From: Chlorokybus atmophyticus
Taxonomy: Eukaryota > Plantae > Mesostigma and Chlorokybus algae
Length of the DNA stretch: 64,000 nt
Assembly (NCBI GenBank): GCA_009103225.1
Contig: RHPI01000797.1
Coordinates: forward strand, 70,384-134,383
Reading direction: 5' to 3'
The notes under the pieces were generated by a model. That model saw only the letters and a program-made list of their open reading frames with translations. It was not told the DNA's origin and searched no databases. Numbering within the stretch: the stretch's first letter is position 1; every line of letters starts with the position of its first letter. A program made the position numbers and the translations under genes. Below, piece by piece: positions 10,488 to 23,390 of this stretch.

Positions 10488-13400
10488 ATGGGTCAAGTGT
10501 GTTCGGCTCCTGGCTCACGATCACGCTCCATGTCGGAGCCTTTGAACCAGCTGTCAAGGGCGTACAGCGTACACAACCATGCGCACCACTCCGCTCCGGG
10601 ACACGCCCTCAACCAATCAGCAAATGCCCTTAAACACACAAACTCAGCGCCAACGTCACCCTCTGCAGCGGCACTGCAGCGGTTGCAAAGCACGTTCAAG
10701 GTGAGCTAGGCTGCGTACATACTCAGCAACATTTTGCAACGCATGTGTTCTACCAGTTCATCTAGTGCTTGCTTACGGACACGTTCTTCTGGTGTATACA
10801 ATCGATCGAATTGGTTTGGTGGTTGCCTAGGGGTGTATGTCTCAGGTTGTCCAGCAGGATTACGCTGTTATTGGCTACTCATCCGCTTGAGTCAATCACA
10901 GTAACGTGGGTTGTGTTTCAGAACCTCACCCCAGATGAGAGGGATCAATTGCTGCGCGATGACCTTCTGCTGCTGGCGCCAGTGATTCAAGAGGCCTTTC
11001 ACACACTGGTATGTACTTACTTACTCTGCGTATCTTTGTGCGTGCGCAAAAGGACATACGGACAGCATTGTTTGGGACTATTGAGTCTGGCCAGCATGCT
11101 GCATGCGCTTTACGCAAGTGTGCATGAGACTCTCAGTGACTTGCTTCTGTTACCTGCTAATAACTCACGCTACTTGTTGTGCAGCCAGTGACCACCTGCA
11201 CATTCATAGTCAAGTACGATGAGCACATAGATCCAGGAACCACCCAATACTTGTGGACAACACTTGATGCCTGGCGCACAACACGTGGCGCAGTGATATT
11301 ACCCCTGCAGGTACTTCAGTAAGCAGAGGAGCTTCTGGACTTTCAAGTGGTTGTCAGGTTGCTGAACATGCCTTTCCTCAGACTACTGGAGATGGAAGTT
11401 GTTTGCTCCACGCTGTGTCCCGAGGAGTCTGGGGCGTGGAGGTTTTCTCTGATATCCTGCGCCACTTTGTGTGGGAGGAACTCAACCAAAACCGTGCCTG
11501 GTAGGGTTCATCAGTCCCACTGGATTCTTTTTTGCAAATCACATGGGACACATCCTGTGCTATCCCGTCAGGTATACTGAGCGGGTTGGGGAGGCAGATT
11601 TAGCAGAGGCATTGGTGCAAGCAGCCTCACCGCACGAGTATCTATCCAACCTACACATTGTTGCACTCGCGCACGTGCTCGGGCGGCCTATCATCCTGTA
11701 CGATTCACAAGTATGCACTGTAATGCAATGTATTTTGCATACTCCAAGTCGCTTTCAACAACTGTCCTATGTACTTTTAGGAAGCTATGGCGCAATACGG
11801 CACAGGCTATTATGGAGTGGCTGGGCTGTTTGTGCCATCTCGCATTGCAAAGGCGAGGTGGTACGCTTGGCCAGTAGTTATCAGCTGGGCAAGGTATGAG
11901 GTGATCGCTCGTAACCCTGTGTTGGAGTCGAGCCTTTGCTGATCTGGCTTGCGTGCTGTGCCTTGTGCAGCCAGCATCATAATCACTACGTACCGCTGGC
12001 CTGGACACAAGGCAAGCAGATCCTGTGGCCCTGGCCTGAGGAGCTGCTTAACGCGAACGCGACAAAACAGTTGAGACCCAGCGACTCGTTTGCGGGATCG
12101 GTTGGTGCCGGACCATTCGCAGTCAGCCCGGAGGTAGATGTCCAGTACAGCACAACTTCATGGTAGCAGTGATAGCGTTCATGGTAGCAATGGTGGCCGC
12201 CACCCTGCTCTCATCGATCATGGTGTTATGACCGTTCGCTGCTAACTGTGCTGTGGCGCTAATAATAGTGCACCACTTAGCTCAGCTCATTCATGCAGAC
12301 AAGGATGTGGTTGAGAAAGAGCATGCGAAGGTCGCGGCTCGAAGAGCCGACATTTGTGCTTGATCTGGTTGCAAAGGTGTGCAACGTCGATGAAGTTGAG
12401 GCATATACCCGCTGTAGTGTCTCTGCCTAGCTCATCACATTATATGCGTGCAGTTGCGCAATGAGGTGATAACAACAGAAGGCCATCTGCTTGCAAGAGC
12501 ATTGGCAGCGGCAACAGAGGGCGCAACAACAGTGCAGCCGCCTGATCTGCATGGTTCAACAGCTGCAACACCAGGGCTTGATGTCGAGAAGAGCGTGCTC
12601 ACCAGTGTGCCATTGGCATTGAACGCGGCACACAAGTGGCGCAAAACCGTTGCAGTCAACAAGGTGCCCTTGCGTCGTGCACAGTGCAAAATTGATACCG
12701 GTTCATTGCGCGCACATGTACACGCACATTTTGCATGACCAACCGTATGCATTACTTCAATGGTTTACCACCCATCAACATATCATCTTACTTGGCATAC
12801 TGCCGCTGTTGCATTTACTGGCTGCAGGTGCGTGCGCGACCTATGAAACGGAGGCCGCCCGCACCCTTTGAGATGGACTGGCCAGCCGCCAGCGCACCTG
12901 AAGCGCCACTGCACACCCGGCAAAAGTCGTTCAGAGTGTCGGCGCGCGACATCGCGCACTCCAAGGCTGCTGAAGTGCTGCAACACAGTAATGGCAGCAG
13001 CCGACAGGAGAGGTATGGTGTCTGCAATACTGCTAAGGCGCTGTTATCTGTAGTATAATAAACCTACATTGATTGCTGGCTGCTTTCAGGTATGCGCATG
13101 CCTCTCCAGCAGGAGTCGCGCATGACGCTGGCCATGCATGGGCTGAGCTTGCGCGAGATATATCAGAGAGACGCAGAGGGTTGGCTGTCGCAGATGTTGC
13201 ATTGGAAGCCCTCCAACAGGTGCGTAGAGGGTGAGACGAGTAGGATGAAGCCCATGCATGTATGAGTACTGATTGTTTGTGTGTTTATACCAGCCCTTGC
13301 CGTCGAGCTACCATCAGGTCACCAGTGAGAGCCGCACCAGGCTGATGGCTGCAGCCACAGCCATGGTGCGCATATCGCAAGAGTTGCGATTGCTCATGCG

Positions 13401-14145
13401 CACTCCCTTGTACGGGATCAATGCAGCGCCTGCACATGAGGACAACCTGTTCATGTGGCGCGCAGTGTTTGCAGGCCCACCTGGAACTGCATGGGAGGGT
13501 GGCAGGTACTGTCGTGTGAAGCTGCTGCATGTAGACATGCAAGCCATGTGCGCATGCACTTGCACGCGTGCACGCAAGCATGCTTTCAGCTGCATGGCTA
13601 TTCGGTAGAGTGTAGCCACAGTGTCTTACCAGCAAGACTTGGCATATTGCCTTGGCAAAGCTGTTACTACAGCTGCTTATGCGTTTTGCGTGATGCACTC
13701 CAGGTACGAACTCCAGGTGCAGCTCCCCGAGTCATATCCTCGGCAACCACCAACCTCCGTGCGCTTTGTCACACGGATGTTCCACCCCAACATCGACACT
13801 GCCGGAATCCCCTGCATTGATGTACTGAGTGATACCGACCGTGTTGCCAATGTCACCAGCAGCAGCATACCGCCGAATGGATCCAGACTGCCGGCATCGG
13901 TGCGCAAGCTGCGGCCTTGGCAATCCAACGTTGTGAACAATGCGGACTCCTCACGCTGGTCACCGTACTACAGCCTCAGCTCCATTCTCCTTGCGACACA
14001 GTTGTTGCTCACAGAGGTGTTCCCGGAGAAAGTTGTCAACCCTTCTGCTGGTGCTTTGTACATGTCAGATAGGCACGCGTGGGCGCAGCAAGCCAGAGAA
14101 TGTGCGATTACCAGTAGAAATCAGAGCCCATTGATTGACATCTGA
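10488..14145 (+). CDS. OTU (VCPIP1/A20-like) deubiquitinase fused to a C-terminal ubiquitin-conjugating (E2/UBC) domain, 746 aa, 13 exons
   Basis: Exons 10488-10700, 10922-11008, 11185-11310, 11358-11500, 11572-11710, 11781-11893, 11971-12133, 12299-12376, 12454-12663, 12828-13012, 13090-13219, 13294-13505 and 13704-14145 are all GT-AG and phase-compatible (2241 nt). OTU motifs: TTGDGSCLLHAVSR, HIVALAHVLGRPIILYD, PVVISWASQHHNHYVPL. UBC motifs: RISQELRLL, DNLFMWRAVFAGPPGTAWEGG, LPESYPRQPP, RFVTRMFHPNIDTAGIPCIDVL, WSPYYSLSSILL. Confidence 0.85.
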
Positions 14146-14831
14146 GGTTTGGCCGTATGGCGTTGTAAATAGGCAGCTGCAGTTGTGCTGCTATGCCTCG
14201 TCTCAAGTGTTGATGGTAGCAGTAAGGGTAGCTGTATATTGCATTTGTTCGTGTATATTGTCAGCAACATTTTTTCCTGTCCTATTGCCCAGGCACAGAC
14301 ATGTATACAAATGTTAGTCGCAGGACGCGCCGGCAGCGCGAGAAACGTTCTCGCAGGTACAGCATGACGCTTGATGCTAGTTGCAGGTGACTGCATGTCG
14401 CAGCCAATTCAGGTATTACAAGTTACCTGTGCCTGGTAAGCCTGCAATGGACAGCACGACACACGGCAACAAGGTTGTGTTTGGGTTCACTAGCATACCA
14501 CAACACATACTCAGAACAACTCACATTATCATCACACAATGCTCCAGGAGTGCGTCCATGCCTAGCATAAAGCCCGCCACAGTATAGAAGCGCAGCCTTG
14601 TTGAAGAGCTGCATGCAGCTGTTGAGCATGATGCTTGGTGGTGTGCGTGTACAAGTCCCAAGTACTACTGCAGCATGCACCTGTGCGTTTGTGGCACATT
14701 GCATACTTCAGCTGTATGCAGACATGCGTGGTGGAGGGGCGAGAGACAGGTGGAAAAAAGACAATGACAACATGGCAGAAAACAAGAAGCAAGCTTAGAG
14801 TAGGTAAAACCAATCTGCGTGCGTGTGCAAT

Positions 14832-15223
14832 TCAAGTGCGCCATTTGCGCCAGTCTCTGAGATTTTTTGCAACTTTGGGCTTTCTATCCGCCATCTTCAC
14901 GTACTCTTTGCCCTGCCTGGCGGCCCGCTCCGCAGCAATCTCTTCGCACAGTGCCAGCGCCGCGTCCGTGATGTACCTCGGTTGCACCGTAAACAGCTTG
15001 TCCTTGATTAAGTTGTCATACTGCAATACCAGCCCCTCTCAGCAACAACAACAAAGACATGCATGGCTATGACGGCCATGTCGACAATGCACAGGAGGTA
15101 TTTTCCGCTCCAGCTTACCACAAGGAAGCCAAAGGTGGCCGCCACGACTCCCTGGAAGACGTCCACGCTGGCGTGGGGCACGCCAGGGTCGCCCCTGTAC
15201 ACCTCCACATTGGCGGGGTTCAT
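14832..15223 (-). CDS. Small uncharacterised protein (97 aa, 2 exons) with one hydrophobic segment and a basic C-terminus
   Basis: Exons 15223-15119 (GTG|GTAAG) and 15020-14832 (CAG|TAT) join in phase 0: MNPANVEVYRGDPGVPHASVDVFQGVVAATFGFLVYDNLIKDKLFTVQPRY...WRKWRT*. Codon usage is GC3-rich and coding-like. Confidence 0.7.
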
Positions 15224-15849
15224 CGTGTCCTCCTCGGCGTCGCCGTCGCCACCGTCGCCGCCGCTTAATTTTTGCACTCAACCCTAGCCATAGTGTTTCC
15301 CAGTCAAGGGCCTAAATTGCACACTTTGACTGTCATCACTTAGAACCCAGTTACTATTCTTGGCAATTGCTGACCAAAAGGTTAGGTGGCAATCAGGTTT
15401 CCCGGTTAAGGGTCTGCTTAAAGTCAGGTCAGTTCGGTAATCACGGCGCGTGCTTTGGATGGGTTTTGGGCCAGAATTTTATGCCTACGTGGGTTGCATT
15501 GAGAAGCATTTGCCAGGCCGCGGTGGCGGTGGCGGTGGCGGCGACGGCGGTGTGACTGTGAGTGGTCAGGGGTTAAGACTCTCCTGCTTGTCTTTGTGGG
15601 AGCTGGAACCTGCTGTTGGCGTTGATTAGGGCACATGGGGGCCTACCACCACGGCTTGAGCTGCTCTGAGCAGCACAGGCGGCAGCAGCCTGCTCCTCCG
15701 TGGGAAGTGCGCAAGCCCAGCTGACATTGCGGCAAAGCCTGCTGAATTGCGCTGACTGAAGCATTACAGAGCAGTGTGTCGCCTGCCCAAAGCATATTAT
15801 AGCCACCGCGGGAGCAGTGTTGTTGGATAGGTAGGCAGCAAGCCCAGCC

Positions 15850-18800
15850 ATGCTTTCGGCCAATTGGGCGCTGAAGCGCCTATACAAATTTGCGTTAAAG
15901 CGGGCGCTTGGCAAAGTGCTTCAAAATGAGTTGGACTTGGAGCAGCTGGACGTGCAGATGGGAACAGGCACCGTTGAGCTGCGCAACCTGCTGCTTGATA
16001 CAGATTATCTTACAGAGCAGGTGCGTTTCCAACTGCTGCCTCAGGGTTCAACTTGTGCTAAGCTGTGGTCGGATAACGTGGTTTAAGCATAGTGAATGCT
16101 CTTAGCTCTGCTTCCACATGGCAATGTGTTCAGAGCATGCTTGAACTGTGAACATATGGCTTCCCTATCCCCGCACACACAACCTTTGTAAGTGGCATTA
16201 TATTGCGTGTGACTTGTTTCTGCATGCTTGTTTGCACAGTCACCTTCCTCTGCTAAGCACTTGTGGCATATAACCTCTGCACTGTCAGTTGGTGAAGCCA
16301 CGTGCAATTGCTGTTGGTACACAGCTTGCATGACACTTAGAGCAGCTGACTAGTTAGGCTTGCTACATGCCAGAGCGTTTCAAGCTTACGTGTGCTGACT
16401 TGCCCATGCAATGCAGCTAGCAGGCCTGCCTGTGGCTGTTACTTCCGGGTACATTGGATGCGTCCGTGCCATCATCCCGTGGACCGGTTTGGTTACTTCG
16501 CCGGCTGCAGTAGAGATTCATGATCTTGACATCACAGTAGCACCTCGCCCGGACTCCATCCCATCCAGAGCAGCCTCGCCTCAGCCCAATGACAATGGCG
16601 AGGATGGTGGCGCTGAAGACGCTGAGGATTGGCAAGATGGTGCAGACATTGGCGGGCTTGGCTTTGGTTCCATCGATGGCGTCAACATCATTGCGAGGCT
16701 GGTGGAGCGGTTTGTAATCAACTTGCGAGCGGTGATTATCAATCTGCGCGTGCGATTGGAGATGCCAACAGCAGACATAACGGGCTCGGGCTCATCCGCA
16801 GGAGCAGCCCTCATCTTGCGCTTGGCACGACTTGACTATTCCAACGATGCAGCTTCAAGCGAAGGCAGTAAAGATACAACGCTGCAGGAGTCGGTTGCAC
16901 TGACCAAAACAGTGTCCATTCAGGGTCTCACTGTAGCAATCTGTGAGTTTGAAGCCAGTGTTGAAGACGACATGGCGTGTGATGACAAGGACGCAGCGTC
17001 AGACGTAAATGGCAGCATGCAGCTGGCGAATGACACCATCATCTCGGGGGCTGATGCTGGTGGGCAGGGCTCAGTGCATGTCACAGTCTCTTGGCAAGGT
17101 GGTCTTCAGAGGAGCCCACAGGTCAATGCGGTGGTTGACATGGAAGCTCTTCATGTTAGACTGACCCCACGCCAGTTGCAGCTGCTGACCTGTCTGCCAG
17201 CCGCATTTGTGGTTCAGCCACTGCAGTCCGCAGCACAGAGCTTCTTGGCGGCTTCTACAGCCACCATTGAGCAGGTTGTGTCTCAGAGCATGATGAAGGC
17301 ATCCGCTGATGAGACGGGTCTGGATGCCAACAGTGAGGAGGGTGCAGCCGACACGGCAATTGCTGTTGATAGGCAAGAGCTGGCCAGCTCAGCTTATGTG
17401 TCTCTGCTTGAAGACTTGTTGGTTCGAGAAGAGTACAGCACACAAGGGAAGGGTGCTGCGCGATCCAGCTTTCTTCCAAGCTGGTTGGTTGGTGATGGGT
17501 CTCGTGCCAACATGCGCCGCGTGGATTCACAAAGCAGCATGGACACAAGGTATGGAGGCGTTATTGCCAGTACGCATTGTAGATACGACCAGCTCTTGAT
17601 GGACTTATGTCATGTTGCATTTTGCAGCATTGACGAATTCTACGAATGTGTGGAGGATGAGCCGGCAGACGCGAACATGAGTGTGTGGGCATGGGCAAAG
17701 AGCACATTTGGTGGCGTGCGGCCCACTGTTGGCGCAGCCAGTGCCTTGCCAGTAGAGGCTGCCATCATGGAATGGACTGTAACAATGCATCTGGCTGGAC
17801 TATCCGCAACAGCGTTGTACCTGAACACTGCCAACGACAGCCAGGATGAGTGGTGTGGGGAGTGTCTGAATTTCAGCGTCATGGACATCAGCTCGCAGTT
17901 GAAGGTGATGTTTGGTCCTGCTGTCCCAACTCCGAAGAAACAAAACATATACTGTGGTGTTGTGCTTGTGGTTGGGTGATCCTAATGAGTTGGTCTATGC
18001 AGGGTGTTGATGGCAAGGTGTCCTGCACGGCATCAGCACAGTCCTTAACAGCTTATGAACAGTTGCGACAGACAGCAGTTGACGAGTTTACCCTGCGCGC
18101 AGCCTGCGAACAGGTTTTTGCTGTTCTTCCGCTCATGGGCATGGCAGACATGCCGCACAACAAAGCCGGCTTTCACAGCAAACACAAGCTGTACTGCCGC
18201 CAACTGTTGCATGTTGTGCGACAATCTGACCCCATGTCAAGAACAGCTGCTTTGGAGTTGTCCAGCGTGCAATGTGGCCAGGCGTCTGAAAGGAAAACAA
18301 TAGTCACAGTCGAGCTGGAACCGATCTGCGTGTGGTGGGATGCAAGTGCGGTGCTGCGTATCGCTCAGTTTTTGCCGGAGACAGGACCTGAACAGGCTAA
18401 GCGAGAACAGGACTACACTCCTCAGTCTGCTCTTGGTGATGACGAAGATATCTCAGACAATGGCAGCCAGCTTGTGACGAGCAACCTGGAGTTGACAGTG
18501 TGCGTTCAGCAAGTGCGGGTGATATTGATGTTGCAAGAAGGCAACGGGCTGCACCCGTTAGGTGAACAGCTTCTTGCAGTGGACATCTTTCGTGGCGTGG
18601 TGGCCCCTTACATGCCCTTGCCACCATTGCTCTGCGTGAAAACCTCAGCGGGCTGCAGTGGGCAACAAGACTGCAACATGTCTTTTGACGCTGGCCAGGT
18701 CATGGTCAACATGATCTCCGCGCTGCAATCTGCTGCTGGAAGGGAGGCCGCTCCACGCCAGAATGCTCCAATGCGCTGGTTCACCGCACATCGCATCGCT

Positions 18801-21800
18801 AGCGTGCGGACCAGGCGGGATGCCATGGCAACAGACTTGGATCACAGCGCTCTGAAAATTGAAGTCAACTTGCAGCGGGGTCATGAGGCTGCGCGAAATT
18901 TGCTGCGCAAAGCTCATGATGCAGTCAGCCTGTCGATGACTGGGAGCCGCCACAGCCATCTGAGTTCATTGCGGCCAGCAACTGCTGCGCAGGATCAAAG
19001 CACAGCGTGCAGCGATGACGATATTGGATCGTTGGAGCTGCGGGAGACAGCCGTGGCGAGTTCAGATGTATTTATTCATGTACAGGTAGCCAAGGTGCAG
19101 GTTGACATAACGTCTGTACAGTGCAGCAGGCTGGCAAGTTGCAAAACAGCAGCGACACAGTCACTGCCAACGCACAGGCCTGCAGCTGCCAAGCCCTCCA
19201 AACAATGTTCATTCCAGGTTCTTGTGTCCACAGTGACATGCAAGCTGCATGTAGATCCCGCATCCGCAGATGCAAGCCGATACTCAGCGTTTACTTTTGC
19301 CTTGGATGAGTATCAAGCCTTTCACATATCTTCGCTTGACCAAGTGGCGTCCGCCAGCTATACGTGGTCACAGTTTGACAGCTGCAGCCTGACTGTGACC
19401 AGTAGTGCAAAGGACGAGGTCAGCTCGCGAGTCCTGTTGTGCAGCAGCAGTAGCTTGGGCCGAGGTGACGGCGTGCCCACTAGAAGCACTCCAGCAACCT
19501 CCCTGTCGCATGGCACTGCGGGTGTATCAATTGTGCTGTTGGCGCTGCCCCCAAAGTTCAGCACTCATCCTGGACCCAAGTATATGGTGGTAGGCACCAT
19601 GCGCGGCGCATCGGCAATGACATTGGATGGCAGCTTTGCATGGCTGAAAGAGCTACGGGACAGTGTCAATGTGAAAGATGTTGGCATAAGCAGCGCGCCC
19701 GCGGCTACCCCTCCTATGGTTGAAGCCTTGCTAGAGTTGCGCGACATAGCTGTCATGTATCAACCCGTACAGCCTCAAAGCACAGCATTGCCTTCAAGCG
19801 CTGCGCCCACAGGATCAGCTGTGCTGGCAGTTTCCTCAATCCGCATATCCAGTGGTGATGCGGCAGCCAGCTCAGGTGAGTGCCTCCTTCGTCTAGATTG
19901 GGATACATTGTCTGGTGGTACTCATGGTGATGCTGTACACTGACGGTGTCCTTGTATGCCAAAAGTACGTTAGAGTGTATGCTGCCTTGCTATCTAACAC
20001 AATGTGCACCTATTCGTGCGCCAATGGGGTCTTGACTTACTGTTTTACTCTACAGGCTTGGCAGCTCACAAACTTGGGGTGCGTCGATTTGGTTTGCTGG
20101 TCACACCTTTCAACACCCACCATGACATTACCGCCGTGTTGACTGCAGCAGGCTTGCGACGGGCAGGGTTTGTTCGGGTAGGTGTTGTGAGCGCAGGTGG
20201 CTTTAATCTTATCGTTTGCTGTCCCACCTTTATGCTGACACTCTGTGCTTTGCAGGTGGCGCAAGAACCTGCCTTGGAAGCTTCTCTGCAGCTAAAGTTA
20301 AACAGGGAGCCAGACACTATACAGCCCAGCATAGTGTGGGCCTTGAGTTGCAGCAATTGCGAGCTGCACTTTGCGACTTGCAGTGATTCTGCGGCGGCTC
20401 TGCTGCAAATAGCCAGCTGCTTGCAGCAATCTTTATTGCCCCCGCCAGTTACTTCAGGAGACAATGGCCTGGGAGTGGTCGGGTGCCGCTCCGGCGCAAA
20501 GGTGGTGCTTGACAGCGTACTTGAAGACGCCTTTGCTTACTCAAAATTGTCGGGCCATCGTACTTCGTCCAGTAGCTCAAGCGACTGGCCCGGGATCACC
20601 TCAGCCCCCATTTTTATTGAGGACCACTTCCCCAAGTCTGTAAGCGATGGGTCATCATATGGCCTCGGGTCAAGCAGCGGCTACTCCAGCCAGCAGAACA
20701 CACCGAGGCCGAGCTCCTCCATGCAATCAACCCCCGAATCCACCTCTTGCAGAGAGGTATGCCCATGCTTGTATGTTGCACAATGGCAACTGTTTGAGCC
20801 TCAACTCAAGGGTTACAAACTGACATGTGCTGCAAGCTGGGGGTGCTGTTGATGTGTTGGGCAAGGTTACTGACTGCTCGCGTGTGCAGGCAGCTGGGTG
20901 GTACGGAGGGGATGCACCACAGGTTATGGACAATCACGTGCCGCGGTCAAATCCAGCTGAACCTGTCAAACATACTCGCAACACGCAGAGAAAGCGGCCG
21001 CCAGCTTTGGGAACCGTCATTCTGCGCGACTTGAATGTGCGCTGGCTGATGTGCGCCGGCCTGGACTGGCCAGATGGCATGAACGGCGTCTCGCGCCCGA
21101 CGCGCGACGAAGCCACCAGCATTGAGGTGGTCGTGGATGGGCTGCGAGTCTCCCAAATGCAGTATGCCCCAGGACATCATTATGTCTCACAACTCCATGT
21201 GGTGAGCGGTCTAATACCCTTGCACTGCGATGTGCATATGTACCTCCACTGAGTCATTGCTAACAATTCACTGGTTTGCTCTGTTGCAGGCCATAAGGGA
21301 GCTGGCTGTGTATGATCACAGGAAAGATGCATCATGGCGGCGCATCATGGGTTACCACAGTGCGCATGGCCCTCGCGAGACAAATTCGTCTATGGTGCGG
21401 GTGGAGTTGACCGCCGTTAGGCCAGAGCCAAGCGCGCCATTAGAGGAGCATAGATTGCGCGTGGCACTACTACCCATTCGGCTACATCTTGACCAACATC
21501 ACGTGCACTTCTGGACGGCCTTCTTTGCACCCTTGGCAACTATCAGCATTGCCACCGCCCAGACCGACCCGTTGCCACAGGATGCCATGCCTTTCTTCCA
21601 GGTGAGGCGCCCTTTTGGTTGTCTGTGCAGCTGGCATATCGGCAACTGCATCAACAGCTTTCTATGTAGTTATCCTTAGCCAGTTGCGGTGATGTGTGGT
21701 GGGCTGGGTTACAGCATGGAGCCATATGCTGTGATGAATGCTAGCCGCCTTTGCGTCTGTCTGCGCTATGTATCATGCTGACCAAGATTTGTGCAGATGT

Positions 21801-22621
21801 GTGAAGTGTTGTCAACCGTTGTGCGGATTGATTACAAGCCACGCCATGTGGACCTCATTGCACTTCGCGACGGCAACTTTGCTGAGATCCTGAACTTGGT
21901 GCCGTGGGAGGGAGTGGAGTTGCAGCTCAAGAAAGCCAAGGCATCCGGGCTGCAAGGCTGGAGTGCACTGGGTGCGTCGCTTGGCGAGCAGTGGCTTCAG
22001 GACATAGCCGCGAATCAAGCGCACAAGTTTGTGACGGGGATCGCTCCCATTCGCTCGCTGTGCGCCGTTGGCTCGGGCGCGGTTCAGCTTGTTCGGCTGC
22101 CCACGGAGCAATACAAGAAGGATCGTCAGCTGGCACGGGGCTTACAGCGCGGTGTCACCGCTTTCGTGCGCAGCATTTCTCTTGAGGCCTTGGGCGTTGG
22201 CGCTCAAGTTGCCGCGGGCGCGCACGATCTTCTGTCCATGGCCGAAATCGCGCTGGGTGGAGCCAACTCCCCAACCCACCCGCCTCAGTTCACCCGCAGC
22301 TCGAGTCAGCCTCTCAACGCAAGGGAGGGCCTCATGCAGGCGCGCGAGACCCTCGTGCGAGGGTTTGAAAGCGCCGCAGCCACTGTTGTGGGCACGCCAA
22401 TGAAGGCGTTCCAGCGCGGCAGCAGCACGCGCAATGCCGTTGCAAGCGTCTTCAAGGCGGCGCCAGCTGCGGCCGTGGCACCTGCATCCGCAGCAGCGCT
22501 GGCCCTGCATCGCACGCTGTTGGGTGTACGCAACAGTCTCGATCCACGCTACAAAGTGGATCATGATCTGGACCATACTCCACCCCCGTGCTCGCATGCC
22601 CGAGGCGCAGGTAGAAGCTAG
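15850..22621 (+). CDS. ATG2: Autophagy-related protein 2 (chorein-N lipid transfer protein), multi-exon
   Basis: Chorein-N start (WALKRLYKFALKRALG...LDLEQLDVQMGTGTVELRNLLL; GYIGCVRAIIPW), long internal exons, ATG2_CAD region (LEEHRLRVALLPIRLHLDQ), VRIDYKPRHVD, ILNLVPWEGVELQLK, and C-terminal NQAHKFVTGIAPIRSL, RGLQRG, HRTLLGVRNSLDP. Stop at 22619-22621. Confidence 0.95.
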
Positions 22622-23390
22622 GAGTGAGTTTATCGTATCTCACCATAACCAATCGTTTATTGCAGATGCAGCCTTGTCGTGGTGTCCTAATGTGTACAGT
22701 TTGTGTATAGTGTAGTTGCTGATGTTGCTATAGATACATGCAGAGTTGAGCTAGGCTTAGAGTTGTAGTCTTCCTTTGTTGTTTGTGTTTACCAATTGAT
22801 TCCCTCACTGGGGTCGCTGCTGCAGTATTTGCGGCATGTCCCTTCTCTGAGTGCATGCAAGGATGCAGTTGTATTCGTCCAATTATTGGGTGCACCGCAG
22901 TGGGCAGGTTGATGCTTTGGGTACATGGCACATGATCTGGTGGATGCATGTTGCAGTGCCCCCAGCTTGCATGGCACGCCAAACTGACCGCCAGTTGGGG
23001 GCACTGCAACAGCAGAAGCATGCATCAACAAGTCATCTGCAAGATTCCGCACTTAGTCAGTATCTGTGGTGGCTACACCCAGCTGAGTTACAGTCATCTT
23101 ACCTACGCAGGCTCGGCTAGCTGTGCTATTTGACATGGAGCAATGTTACCTGTGGTGGCAATGGCCAGATAAATCACTATCACCTACAAACATACATAGT
23201 ACAGTACGCAGCCTCGCGCTTATCCTGTACAAGTACACCCTCTTACCTAGGCAATGCCTCATCAGTGTTGTCGATGGCTACAGCTAGACAAGTCACAATC
23301 GCCTACATATATACATATGTACAGTCCTACATATGTACAGTCATCTTACTAGGGCGCTGCCTCAACACAGATCACACACACGAGGGGGCA

